A DNA stretch of 64,000 nucleotides from Cycas panzhihuaensis (Eukaryota > Plantae > Cycadophyta). Under the pieces are notes generated by a model, which made no database searches, was not told where the DNA came from, and saw only the letters and a program-made list of their open reading frames with translations. The translations under genes were made by a program, and so were the position numbers. The stretch's first letter is position 1, and the number at the start of each line of letters is the position of its first letter. Shown piece after piece: positions 52,252 through 64,000 of this stretch. Location: NCBI GenBank assembly GCA_023213395.1, contig CM041465.1, positions 156,929,741 through 156,993,740 of the forward strand. Direction: 5' to 3'.

Positions 52252-55200
52252 CTAGCTGTTACAGATCCTATCCTTCTCTATCAGAACCATGAGGTCCCTA
52301 GGGAAATCAGTCTTCCACACTTGGCCTGTCCTGTGTCTCACTCCCCAGTTTGCCAAAAAGTCAGCTGGTTTATTTCCTTCTCTTAGAGTATGCCTTATGC
52401 GGACATCTGCTAGCCCCTTAATGATTTCTTTGGCATCATTAAATAAGGGTTGGAATCTCCAATCCGGGAGAGCCTCGTCTTTCAGTGTGTTTACCACAAC
52501 CTCAGAGTCCCTCTCAATTACCAGTCTCTGAATATTTCCTTCCACAGCAAGATCAAGATCTTTGAGCATAGCATGCATCTCAGCATAATGATTTGTCTAG
52601 AAATCATAGAATTCTGTAAAGGCCCAGATAGGGGACCTAATGTGGTCCCTATAAATACCTCCTCCCCCAGCGTCCCCGGGATTCCCTTTTGTTGCCCCGT
52701 CGAAATTTATTTCGATCCAGGGCTCCTCAGGAGGCTGCCACCTACTACATTTGGGATTAACAACCTCAAAAGCTGGATCTATACCCCATTTGCTCAGAAT
52801 CCTATTCTCTGTCATGGACATGCACTTTTCATTAACATTTCTAACATTCTCTCTTATGTCTGTACAAATTCTGTTGAAAATAGCAATCTGGTCCAACTGA
52901 TTCGCCTGAAAAATTCTACGGTTCCTCTCTTTCCATATGTTCCAGGCTAGTATTGGGAGTGCACTCTTCCAGATACAGCTCAAAGTTCTGCTCCTAAATG
53001 GGCTTATCCAGGCCAACCAAAGGTCAATGGTCTTTTCTGAAAATGTCCAGCTTACCTCTAGTTTTCTAAGCAACATCTTCCACACCTCCATTGTGTAAGA
53101 GCACTCAAGGAAGATGTGGTCCATGGATTCCTCTTCTGAGCAACATAAAGTACATCTATTTGCCATCATAAAGCCTCTTTTTTTTAGATTGTCAACTGTA
53201 AGAATCTTGTTTCAGGAGCCACACAAACGAGTCCGACGAAGGAATTCTAGGGATGTAACACTTACCTAGAATCCTTTTGATCTTGTTAAGGCCTTCTTGT
53301 AGTCTTTCTCATTAGATTTCCACTAGGGTCTTCCAGATCCTATTTTTTCCAATTCTGGCCCAATAATCCTTAATATATCTACCGAAAAGCCTAACACAAG
53401 GACCCGTAATGGCTTCCAGGTCTGGGTAATCCTTAAGCGCTTTGTCACAACACCATACATCCTCCCAGAATCTTATGGAGTTCCCATCTCCTAGTCTCCA
53501 TTTCAGACCATTCCTTATAGCTTTCCAAGCTTTAAGAATACTCCTCCAGATTGTTGAACCAACCTGAGAGATATCATTACCTACAAGAGACCCTCCTTGC
53601 ACATATTTCCTTGATAGGATCTTCTCCCAAAGCCTCTCTCCACCTTTGAGTAATCGCCAACCCAACTTTGCCCCTAAGGCTGCATTGAAGAGAGAAAGTC
53701 TTCTCAGATTTAGGCCCCCAGCCCATTTTGACATACAGACTTTATTCCAGCTAACCAAATGTATCCTATCTTTGCTCTCAGCCCCAGACCAAAGGAACCT
53801 CTTTTGAATAGATTCTATGATATCTGAGATGCCTGCCGGAACTCTAAAGATGGACATCCAGAAGACTGGGATGCTCTGCAGCATGGAGGCAACAAGCTGG
53901 AGTTTTCCAGCTTGACTTAAGAGGGCACCTTTCTAGCCAACCAACTTCCTTTGCAACCTGTCGATAAGGGGATTCCACATATCCTTGGTCATCTTCCTAA
54001 CAAAGAGGGGCATTCCAAGGTAAGTTGTGGGGAGCTTTCTGATGCTCATCTCTAGGATTCTGTTGATCCTGCCTTATATATGGCCTAGGGTGCTTATAAA
54101 GAAAACATTGCTCTTATTCAGGTTTATCTTTTGATTCGTGGCCTTTTCGAAATGGCCCAAGATCTCTTTAAAATTGGAAGCCTCTCTTATAGCAGCCTTC
54201 CCTAAGAAGATATTGTTATCCATAAATTGATGATGGGCCACATTGTCCATCCTCGATGTCAGTTTAATACCATTTATGACCCCTTGTCCCCTCATGGACT
54301 CCATGGATCTACCTAACAACTTAGCCATCGTGATATACAAAAAAGGAGAGAGAGGGTCACCGTGCCTCAACCCGCTGAACCCTAGAAAAAAGCTGGAAGA
54401 TGAACCGTTGATGATGACAGAATCATGTTACCAATGCATAGTTTTATCCATGATCGCCATGTCTCCCCATAGCCAAAAGCCCTTAGGTAGTCAAGCAAAC
54501 ACTCCCAGGAGACCCTATCAAAGGCCTTCGTGAGATCAATCTTGATGAGTATCACGGGCTCTTTCCTTTCTGCTGCAGAGTGAATAGTTTTGTGAACAAC
54601 AATATAACCATCGTAGATCTATCTTCCCCGAAGAAACCTATCTTGGTTTTGGGAAATGATGTTTGGCATAATTTTCTTTATTCTATTGACCAGAACCTTG
54701 GTTAAGATTTTGTATTTAACATTGTAGAGGCTAATGGGGCGACAATCTTCCATCCTTTTAGCTCTCTCTTTTTTAGGGATGAGGACTAGGAAGGTAGTCT
54801 GCCACTCCTGCAAGATCTTTCTATTTGCATAAAACTCCTGAAGTGCTTCCATAAAATTCCCCTTAATAATATCCCAGAATTCTTAGAAAAACCCCAGAGG
54901 AAAACCATCGGGGCCAGGAGCTTTATCTTTCTTCATACTGAAGAGCACCGCCCTAACCTTATCCTGGGTGAATGGAACTGTGAGCTGAGCATTTTGGGCA
55001 TCATTCACTAAATAGGGGATGTTGTTAAGGAAGTCCTTCCTCAAATCCACGTCCCCATCTAGCAGTTCCTTAAATAGATCCTTAAAATAATCACTGGCCA
55101 GCTTCTTCATTTTCTCTGCCGAACTAACTACAGTTCCATCGTCCCTTTGAATCCTACTGATTCTATTGTTCGCTCTATGCTTTACTGTGGTCATGTGAAA

Positions 55201-56260
55201 AAATCTAGTATTTCTGTCTCCTTCAGCCAACCACAAAGCCCTAGATTTTTGTCTCCAGTGAATTTCTTCTCTGTTGAGGATCTCCTCCAGAGACTTAGTC
55301 AGCTCCTTCTCTGCCTTATCTAGCTCGTAGATCCTTGGCCTTAATCCATTCCTTAATATCTTTCAAATCCCAGATAGTCTTATCCTTTTGATCGTTTATG
55401 TTTAAAAAACTTCCTTATTCCAAACCTTAACTTTTCTTTTAACCCAGTCCAACTTCTTGGAGAATTTGTACATTGCATGTCCTTTAATTTCAATGCTCCA
55501 CCATTCCTCAATTCTCTTTCAAAGATCTGGGTGACGAAGCCACATCAATTCGAATCTGAAGGGGGCCCTGATAAACTTGCCCGAATCCGAGAATTGCATC
55601 AAGAGGGGCGAATGATCAGAGCTGGTCCTCGGTAAAGCCTCAAGGGTGAAATCCTTGAAACACCTCATCCAATCGTAATTGACCAGCACCCTGTCCAGCT
55701 TAATTTGAATAAGGTTATCCCCCAGCCGTTTATTGGACCAGGTGAAGGAGGCACCCCTAAGATTAACATCCTCTAACCCCCCCTGTTGCAGGAATTCGCT
55801 AAACTTACTCATGCTAGTAGTCCAGCCCCCGGTGCCATCTCTCTTATCACTAGGGGATAAGGCCGAGTTAAAATCGCCCGCCAGTAACCATGGAAGGCGG
55901 TCCAGCCAGGCCTCTATCAATCTATCCCAAAGCCTCTTTCTGGCTTCTTGTTGGTTTGGGGCATATACATTGGTGGCGACCCATGTGATGTTGTTGCTTT
56001 TATTGGTTAACCAAATCAAAATAAAGGATTCTTCTATCAGAAAAATTTCTCCCGACCATGTAGACAGATTCCATAATACCATTAGACCCCCAACTCCTTG
56101 GGCATAGTCTATCTCAATGCTTTCGGCAAACTTCCAAATTTTATTCCTGATCTTAGGCCTGTTCTCCTTGCTCAATTTGGTTTCTTGTAGGAATATTAGA
56201 TCCGATTGATGTTTGCTTCTCATATCGAAGGGGCATTAAGGCCCCTGATATTCCATGATA
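52252..56260 (-). pseudogene. L1 ORF2 (endonuclease, RT, zf-RVT, RNase H), disrupted
   Basis: IFLQETK, NVYAP, AGDFN, SDHSPL, KAPGPDGF, RHGDPLSPFLY, CTLC..EESMDHIF, INFDGATKGNPG, HTLREGNKPADFLAN. Confidence 0.95.
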
Positions 56261-56266
56261 AAATTT

Positions 56267-57664
56267 TTATCGCTTCTTTCTTTGTTTCCAAACTTCAGCA
56301 GTTTTCCCTTTTGGGGGTTCTCTGCCTATTGTACTGGATCTAAGAGTAGGCCCTTCAAGGAATGAATCCTTTAAAGTTCTCTGTTTGCCTTGATCTACCT
56401 GGGTAGCTGATTCTTTCTCTCTTTGCACTTTTGACGGTGGTCTCCCAACCTTATTCTCGGCTCCCACATCAGGCAGCTTCTTTTGAGGTAAAGTCGGCCG
56501 CAATAATGAATTAAGGGCTGACTGCCTTGGCTCCTCCAAACTAGGTATTTCCAACTCCCCAACCCCATCCAAATGCCCCTGATGGCCTGATCTGACAGAC
56601 AATGGGGGCATATCTGCCCCCAGATCAACCTCCTTCTCCTACTGCCTTGGTGGTATAAACAAAACATTGTGGATCGACGGAACAACCCCTGTGGGAGGTA
56701 GTTCCCCAGTACTATCCTCGCCGGCCAAGCACTCCAGAGCCATAGTGGCCTGAGCCGCTTGGGTGTCTTCCTCTAATAGCGTGTCCTTCTCATTTGGGTC
56801 AAAACCCAGATTCAGATAAGAAGTTTCGACCGCCACCATTCGGGTTGGACGTTCTTGACCCTCCCATTTTTCTTTCTCCTTCTCTTGTGTGTTTGACTCT
56901 ACTAGATCTTCTTTTGAGGGTTGCACTCCCAGGCACTTTTGGGGCAGATGTCCCAGATTCTTACAGGTTGAACATCTAAAGTGGTCAAGCTCATAGAACA
57001 ATGGCTGTACCCAGCTCTTATTAGGAAGGTCCATCCATATATCATCTAAGAGGGGCTTGTCTAATCTCACTAGGGCACAAATTCTGGCATTTATAAGCCT
57101 ACTCCTGTTCTTCGTCGCTGAATCGACTACTAAGAGAGGGCCCACTGCTTTCGCAATGCCTTTAAATACCTCAGGATTCCAATGGTGAAGGGGTAGGCCC
57201 GAGAGTTGGATCCATATGGGGGCTTGTCTAATTTTAGGGACTGAGGGATCAAAGTCCCTATGCCATTTCTCAAGAGATAGAGCTTTTCTACCAAACATCC
57301 ATGGTGCCCTAATCAAAATATTAGACATGTCTTCATGCGATGCAAATTTGAATAGCACACAGCCCTTGGGCATGGCTATTACCTCCACACTGCTCATTGT
57401 TTTCCATTTGGTCCTCGCCTAAGTCCTAATGGGCTCAAATCCTGGCCTGGGACCTGAGAATCTGCCGACAAGGCAATTCTCCCACAACTTCTCGATTTTC
57501 TCCACCAGGGCTAGGGGAATTTTTAGTCTTACTTTATTGTCTTCGAACACAGGAGTTAAGTCAAAGGATTCTTACTCATTTAATTTCAAGACATCTCTAT
57601 AGGTTCTCTCTGATGCCAAGTTAGGGTTCTGGTTCTAATTTGAAGGGGAATGATCTTTTTCCAT
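56267..57664 (-). pseudogene. L1 ORF1 (DUF4283 plus zinc knuckle), disrupted
   Basis: APWMFG..LEKW, PIWIQLSGLPLHHW, ARICALVRLDKPL, CSTCKNLGHLPQKC. Confidence 0.92.
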
Positions 57665-60600
57665 TTTTTAAAATTTAAAAACTGTAGATAAAAACTCTAA
57701 CCAGTAAAAGCAAAAACATACCATTTCTACTGACTCTAATTGTGGTTCTTCTTTGGGCCAGCTTCTCACTTTGCCCCTCTTCTTGCAATACAACAGGCTG
57801 CCTATCAATTTCTTCACAAAGATAGCCTTACGGACTCTTGGATCCGTCTGGTTTCTCTCTTTAGTCTCATGCACTGCTTATTTATCTGTAAGTGGGTATG
57901 ACGCCCTTCTTGAACAAAGTGGCTTGCCTCCTTAATAGCAAAGGACTAGAGCTTAGTGTTGCATAGAGGCCGCTGCCAAACAAAGGATGCTCTGCCCCAA
58001 AGAAGTCTCACCCTGGCACCTGTGTAAGGAGATCTAACCTGTGTCTATCTGGTCACATAAATCTTAGCCCACCGCCTGATTTCCGTCTCAGCCAGGGCAT
58101 GAGGGTGGATAAGCCCATAGGCAGCTAAATGTGCTAGCCGGCCAGCCCGGCCATCAACTCTCAAAGGACACCATGGCGTCCAAAGCCTCTGAAACGTGCC
58201 CACCGTCCCCAACTAGCACAAACCCTAGCCTCTTTTTCTTCCAGAATCACCTCAGTGTCGTCCGATTACCTCTCTCTTAGGGTTGGGTTTAAAAACCTAA
58301 GAACGCTTGATGTTTACTTGCACTATACTTGATTAAGTAATTATTTGGTTTACTTATCCATATTGCATCTCTTAAAATATTAATGTCTCCAACAACATCT
58401 CCTATATATTCTGAAGCTATAATAAAGTTGGGTTAATAATCAAAACATACATCTATTCTTCCATTGTGATGATGCTCTCCTTTTTTAGTTTTTGCTTATA
58501 TATTTTTATTATATTTCATATTTAACATCTTAATATTAAATATAATAGTTGTCTCAATCTATCCTATTATATAGATCTCTTCAAGTAGATGAGAATTGAG
58601 TACTTATAGGTTAAAAATGAGTATTATATGAGGAAGTTATACCCCTTTTATAATTCCACCTTCTTTCATTAGTCCATTCTCACAACACTTAAGGTTAACT
58701 TAATAATATCTTTCAAAAATAGTATTTTACTTAAAAAAACTAGTATTATACTTTTAAAAACCAACTTTTATATTTATTTATATAATTTATTATATAAATT
58801 GACTCATTATAAATACCTATTATTTTGGATTATTGTATCCTAAGCTCATTAAGCTCAAGAAGCATCTTTAGGATTTTAAGCCCTATGATTACTCATTTTT
58901 TATTTGCTTACAATAAAACAAGGCATAATTTATTAAATTTTAAATCTAATTTTACCCTTAAGTGGAGTATTTTTATATCTCATAGTTGTTGACATCATTC
59001 TTATGATTTTTTTTATATTGTTTGGTTCATAAACTTATACATTTTATCATTATTCTACTCAATTATTCCATACTATATGTTGTTGATTTTGTATTATGTC
59101 TCATTAGTATAAATCTTAAAGTATTATGTATTCTATACTACATATTAGTAGTATATTATCTATGATATATTATAGGTCACCCTATAATTTCTATGGTATC
59201 ATTTAAATTATATCATGTATCACCCTATAGCTTTTGTAGCATACTATGACTTCCATATATTGTTTCTATAGCATATTGTGTGTCTTCCATATAATTTATA
59301 TGATATGATATATTATTTTAATGGTATATTTCTCATATATTTTAATTTAATTTCTCTTTATTTTATACTTATTACTTTATTTTAGATTTTTTATTATTTG
59401 ATGATTACTCCTTCATAATTGATTTTATTATTTTTCTCACATAACCTAATATCATCTCTAAAAATAAGTTAAACATTATTGCCAACCATACTAAGTTGAT
59501 CATTGATTTGATTTTTCTTATGATTGATTTATCATGTGATTGATTATCTCTCTCACTTGTTTGATTTTCTTCTCTTGTTTGATTTTCTTCTCTTGTTAAT
59601 CATCACTTTGGAAAAATTCTCATGGTGACTTGTTCTCTATAACTCACATAATTTCTCATCTTTGATGAGGTTGTCTTTAATTCTTTCTTAAATAGAATTT
59701 ATTTAAGATTTAAATTTCTTCTAATATATAATGGGTGCCTTAGTGGTTTTTGTAGGAAGAAGAATAGTGAATAAAGAGGAAGTACATATTTACTTATCAT
59801 CAAACATAAGATTCTCTTAAGAAAATAAACCAAATAAGAGCCTTTATTTCTTATTTTCTTTATTTTATATCTTTCATTTGGTTAATGGCTATAAAGGAAA
59901 CAATAGGAGAATTTAATTAATTTATTCTAATAAAACATACAAAATAAATTGATATGGTAAAAGAACCTAGAAAGGTTCATGGAAGATACTTCGTTTACTC
60001 TTTATAATTTTTCTCACACTATGTTATATGTTAAATATAACTATCGACCATATTCTCTCATATAAACATTATCTTTCATGACTCATAGGGATAGTATTTC
60101 TTGTGTAGTGAATATTTTTTTTTTTTTTTATGATTTTATCTTAGCTTTAGATATTTTCTTAGAATAAAAGAATAAATTACACATGCGACCTAAACATCCT
60201 TGGTGACCATAGTGGGGAATACTTTGTGATCTCCTCATTTCTTATATTAACTTTACTATAATTTCCTTTATACCTTTTTATTCATTAAACATCTTATTCT
60301 AGTATGAAGATTTCTTTTCTTCCTATATTATGACCATTATGACAATTATGCTTCAATTTTACCTTTTTAATCTCTCTTTAGAATAGTCACCCTTTTATTC
60401 CTTTTACTTTTAGATTATTATCTCAACCAATTTTATTATTAATATTTGTTACTCATAATTGACTTTTTCTTTTATGGTACAATATTCACACAACACCTTT
60501 CTTAAAATCTCTATTGTAGATGTCTTTGATACTTCTACTAAAAAGCATTTATAGGAGACTTTCTTGAGCATAAATATATATATTCTCCCCATACTTTACC

Positions 60601-61199
60601 TTTTTTGAAAGATAAAATTAGCTCTGATCACCACCTCTTTTACCTTTACTAAAAATTGAAGTTGAGTTGCCATCACAACCTATTCATTAGATAGCCCTTG
60701 AAGTTCCTTAGACACGTGCTTTTGAGTGACCTTGTATTGTATTATGGCCACTTATTTCAAACTTTTAAGACTTTGTCCTGTACATTCCCATGGTATTAGA
60801 CCCCATCGAGACATCCACACTCAAGTAAGGTTTGAATCCTCTTACACAAGGTGTTCAACATAGTTGTATGTCATAACCTATTCACACTTTTCAACTTCCT
60901 CTATCACAACAAATATAACCAATTTAAACTCAACCATATATTGGCCTATATTCTACTCCTCTATGTACTTAACCTCCTTTCTTAAATTCTTTTACATAAA
61001 GTATTTGACCAAGTGGGTCCAATGTTAGTGTTGCACAACCATCATTTGCATAACAAAATTCTGCCCTTGGATTTCCTCCTACTAGAAGTAACTTGATGGC
61101 ATCAAACATTTTATATCCTCTTATAGGCCTATTAGCCTTTACATAAAGCCATCATAGATCCTATATAGATTATATGAATATCCTTCTTACAAATGACAT

Positions 61200-61950
61200 T
61201 AAAATAACCCCTCTTCCTCTTATTATTCCTCCTTTACCATACTTTGAAGGAACATAATAAGAGGATCCACAAAAGTATATTTATGCATTCTATTTGACAT
61301 GCTCGTAATGGTAACAAAATGAAAATCTTCTTTACATTCTCTTTCTGCATGCACTTTTTAGTGATGCTCTTGAATGATTTTATCGATTACCTCCTCCTTT
61401 AATTTTTATATTTTAATAAGTTAATGATCATTTTATTACCTATGTTGATATAGGAAAACCTTTTGACTTATATATTAAAGCTCTCCCATCTGTTAAATAA
61501 GGTACTAAGGATTCTTATCAAGAATTTTATAAGAGATTTTAAGAGTTAGCCTTTGGCTATAAGTATGAATATTCTGATACTCTTCTTGCTAAATTATTCA
61601 TACTTAAGCCATAACTTCACCTTGATATGTTGAGGATGAGTCCTATCTCTTATGAATATGCCCTTAATAAGGGTCTTACTTTTGAGACATTTGAGATTCA
61701 TGATGGTCTTAAACTTATGCCTAAGTCATTCACACATAAAATTGACAAGATTGAACCTTCACAAGAATCTAAATATCTTATTCAAGACAAGTTAATTGAC
61801 TTAGTTACTTTAGTGCTTTATATATTAAAATATAAACTAGATGCCAAGTTACAAAATGTTGGAAACACACAAGAAAAGGAATCCCTTAGGACCATTTCTC
61901 TCACTAAAAGATATATCTATCTACCTAAAGGTTATATTGGAAGATGATGT
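61200..61950 (+). pseudogene. Ancient Ty3/gypsy-type gag remnant
   Basis: PYFEGT..EDPQKYIYAFYLTC..LFLHALFSDALE*FYRLP..VK*GTKDSYQEFYKRF resembles the retrotransposon gag major homology region. Confidence 0.65.
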
Positions 61951-63685
61951 ATTTATCATATAATAAAGTTTCATTTTGATGAAGAATGTTAGACTCTTTA
62001 TAAAATGAAGTTCCAAACTCATTATCCCACTCAAAATCAATCTAGATATAATTTAAATTAATCTAGTTATAATAACAATAATGGAAAATAAAACTAATAA
62101 TAAAAAAGATAAGACAATAGTAATAACTTGTATAAATTTGATACTCTTTTTATATCATCTTAATATCTTAAAGAATATAATACTTTTCCTAATAATAAGT
62201 AAATTATTCCTTTCAAAGAAGATCTCTCACTCAATGATGAAGGGAAAATAATAATTAGTTATTTATCCCTCCACATCTTCCCAAGAATTGAATCCTTTGT
62301 CTTATAAGTAAATAATTCTTTCTAAAGAAGATCTACCTTCCTATATTGCTATAGGAAAATAGATAATTACTTAAATTTTCCACTCCTATACTAGTTTATA
62401 ATGAGGATAAATTATGGTATATATTACATTCCTCATCATCACTACATCTACCCATGTGATCTCTCATAATCCCTCTAGTATAGGATTTTCCAAACCACTT
62501 AGTCATGTCCCAATGCATATTCCACATTCATACATATATCAATACCCTTGACTTGAACTAAAAGTTAACATTTAATTGACATTATAACATATTTTGTGGT
62601 TTAGTCTAATAGGTCAATATTTTAGTTATGTTGGGATTTATGTTTTATTAAATGTTCATGCAACTGGGTAGGTTTCCTTGAATAGATTATTTTTTCCTTA
62701 TTTTCACTTGAAGATAACTTTCATATGTTGAGTCCCTTACAATGGACCAAATGAGATTATCATCATATGTATGGATTTAGTCATGGTCTAATTTTATTGA
62801 GTCCCACATAACCATTTTTTAAAATCATAGATTTTGATCATAAAAAAACATTACACAAGATTTGATATTAAAAAGAAAAGAAGAAATATTATCTCTTATA
62901 TATACTCTTAACACATTAATAGGTTTATCGATGATTCATTTATAAGTCTCACTTGGCCATTTGTTGAACTGCCACCCTCTATCTAATCATATCATTAACC
63001 TCTTTATGAGTTTAATTATTATTAGTTTCATTCTTAACCATTGACTTGTTTGATCATATATATATACATGATCTTGACCTATGGGTTTATTAGTTTTTAG
63101 TTCATACTAATTTCACATTATCATTCATTAGATCATAAGCTTGATTGCTATACATAAAAGACTTATTATAACTAGATGGAATGGAATATTAAAATATTCA
63201 TTTTTGGGTGTCATACCCTAAGTTGATTTATGTTAATATATATAGATTCTACATTACTAAGTTGTTCTCCTCATAGACTAATTCTCATATTTTCCCATAT
63301 TTATTAACTTATTCCTTTAAATTTAGGAGATAATTGAGGAAATTATGGCCCTTCTATACTTACTTAGATTACTTGAGATCGTATCAATAATATTGTTTTA
63401 ATGTAGATTTATCCATATCTTTGTCACTCTCATATAGTCTCCAAAAAGGTAAAACATTTTGGAACTCATTCACAAAACTAAATATTTTGAGTTCAATCCC
63501 TAGTATGTCATACTCATACAAAAACTTGGTAAAATATTTATAGAATTTTAGTAATATTATATATATAGATGTAAGGTATAATGTTGGAAATTTTCACTCT
63601 TTATTACATAAGCTCCATCAAGATCTATTATTAAGGAAATAAATATTTAATTTTGGTCACCTTTCTTTTAATTTGGGAGAATTAG

Positions 63686-63812
63686 TTATAATTCTTTCAC
63701 TCTTAACAATTAGATATATTTATATATGCATTTGCTTCATATCATTTGTTTGATGCTATGTTTGATTATCTGTATTTACTTAGTGTTTATCTTACATTAT
63801 ACTTGACTAACA
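63686..63812 (+). repeat. Probable short 3' LTR of the oldest element; its partner is split into 23808-23886, 52071-52096 and 58320-58336
   Basis: ATAATTCTTTCACTCTTAA..TTTGAT|..TATTT..TGTTTA..ATACTTGA is collinear with the joined flanks; purine-rich GGGAGAA just upstream. Confidence 0.6.
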
Positions 63813-63873
63813 TTTATTTATTTTTTTGTTTAAAATATAAACCAAAATTGATCTTATGTCATGTTAAAATATT

Positions 63874-64000
63874 ACTCTAATACCATGTGAAAATATGTAG
63901 TAGTAGAATTGACTTATGATATATGTATATGTGTAAATGAATATGCAAAGTAAACATCAAACATATATTTATCAAGTATTATAACATCATCAAGAACATT
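63874..64000 (-). mobile_element. PBS and inner edge of a 5' LTR running off the window
   Basis: ACTCTAATACCA (decayed reverse complement of TGGTATCAGAGC) followed immediately by TGTGAAA at 63886. Confidence 0.55.

Larger units (their letters stand above)
52097..58304 (-). mobile_element. Near full-length plant L1 LINE, the least decayed in the window
   Basis: 15-bp TSD GCTTGATGTTTACTT at 52082-52096 and 58305-58319; T-tract (minus-strand poly(A)) at the left end; ORF1 and ORF2 fragments in the ORF track. Confidence 0.96.

Noticed and set aside
60621-60800. PBS-like strings GCTCTGATCACCA and TGGTATTAGA
   Set aside because: No matching LTR pair or TSD could be identified, so no element was called

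Overview
AT-rich, repeat-saturated plant genomic DNA, most consistent with a large-genome non-flowering plant such as a gymnosperm (inference). I found no intact cellular gene. The left 36 kb is a young head-to-tail tandem amplification of a ~17.56-kb unit: two full copies (1164-18718, 18719-36293) plus the tail of an earlier copy (1-1163). The whole region is a nest of retroelements. An old short-LTR element is interrupted by a minus-strand chromodomain Ty3/gypsy element (23887-52065, TSD TTGAT) and, just outside it, by an L1 LINE. The gypsy carries two further L1 LINEs and a non-autonomous Ty1/copia; one of those LINEs holds a second copia. The highlight is the non-autonomous copia (31498-37270, TSD AGAAC). 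Between its PBS and gag it carries a ~1.2-kb antisense, intron-free mosaic of fragments from at least three unrelated host genes: an XBAT33-type ankyrin/RING E3 ligase, the cohesin regulator PDS5A and a conserved plant coiled-coil protein. The tandem amplification has multiplied this LTR-linked cassette. Gene identities come from my recollection of the protein families, and all divergence figures are by-eye counts; both need database or alignment confirmation.
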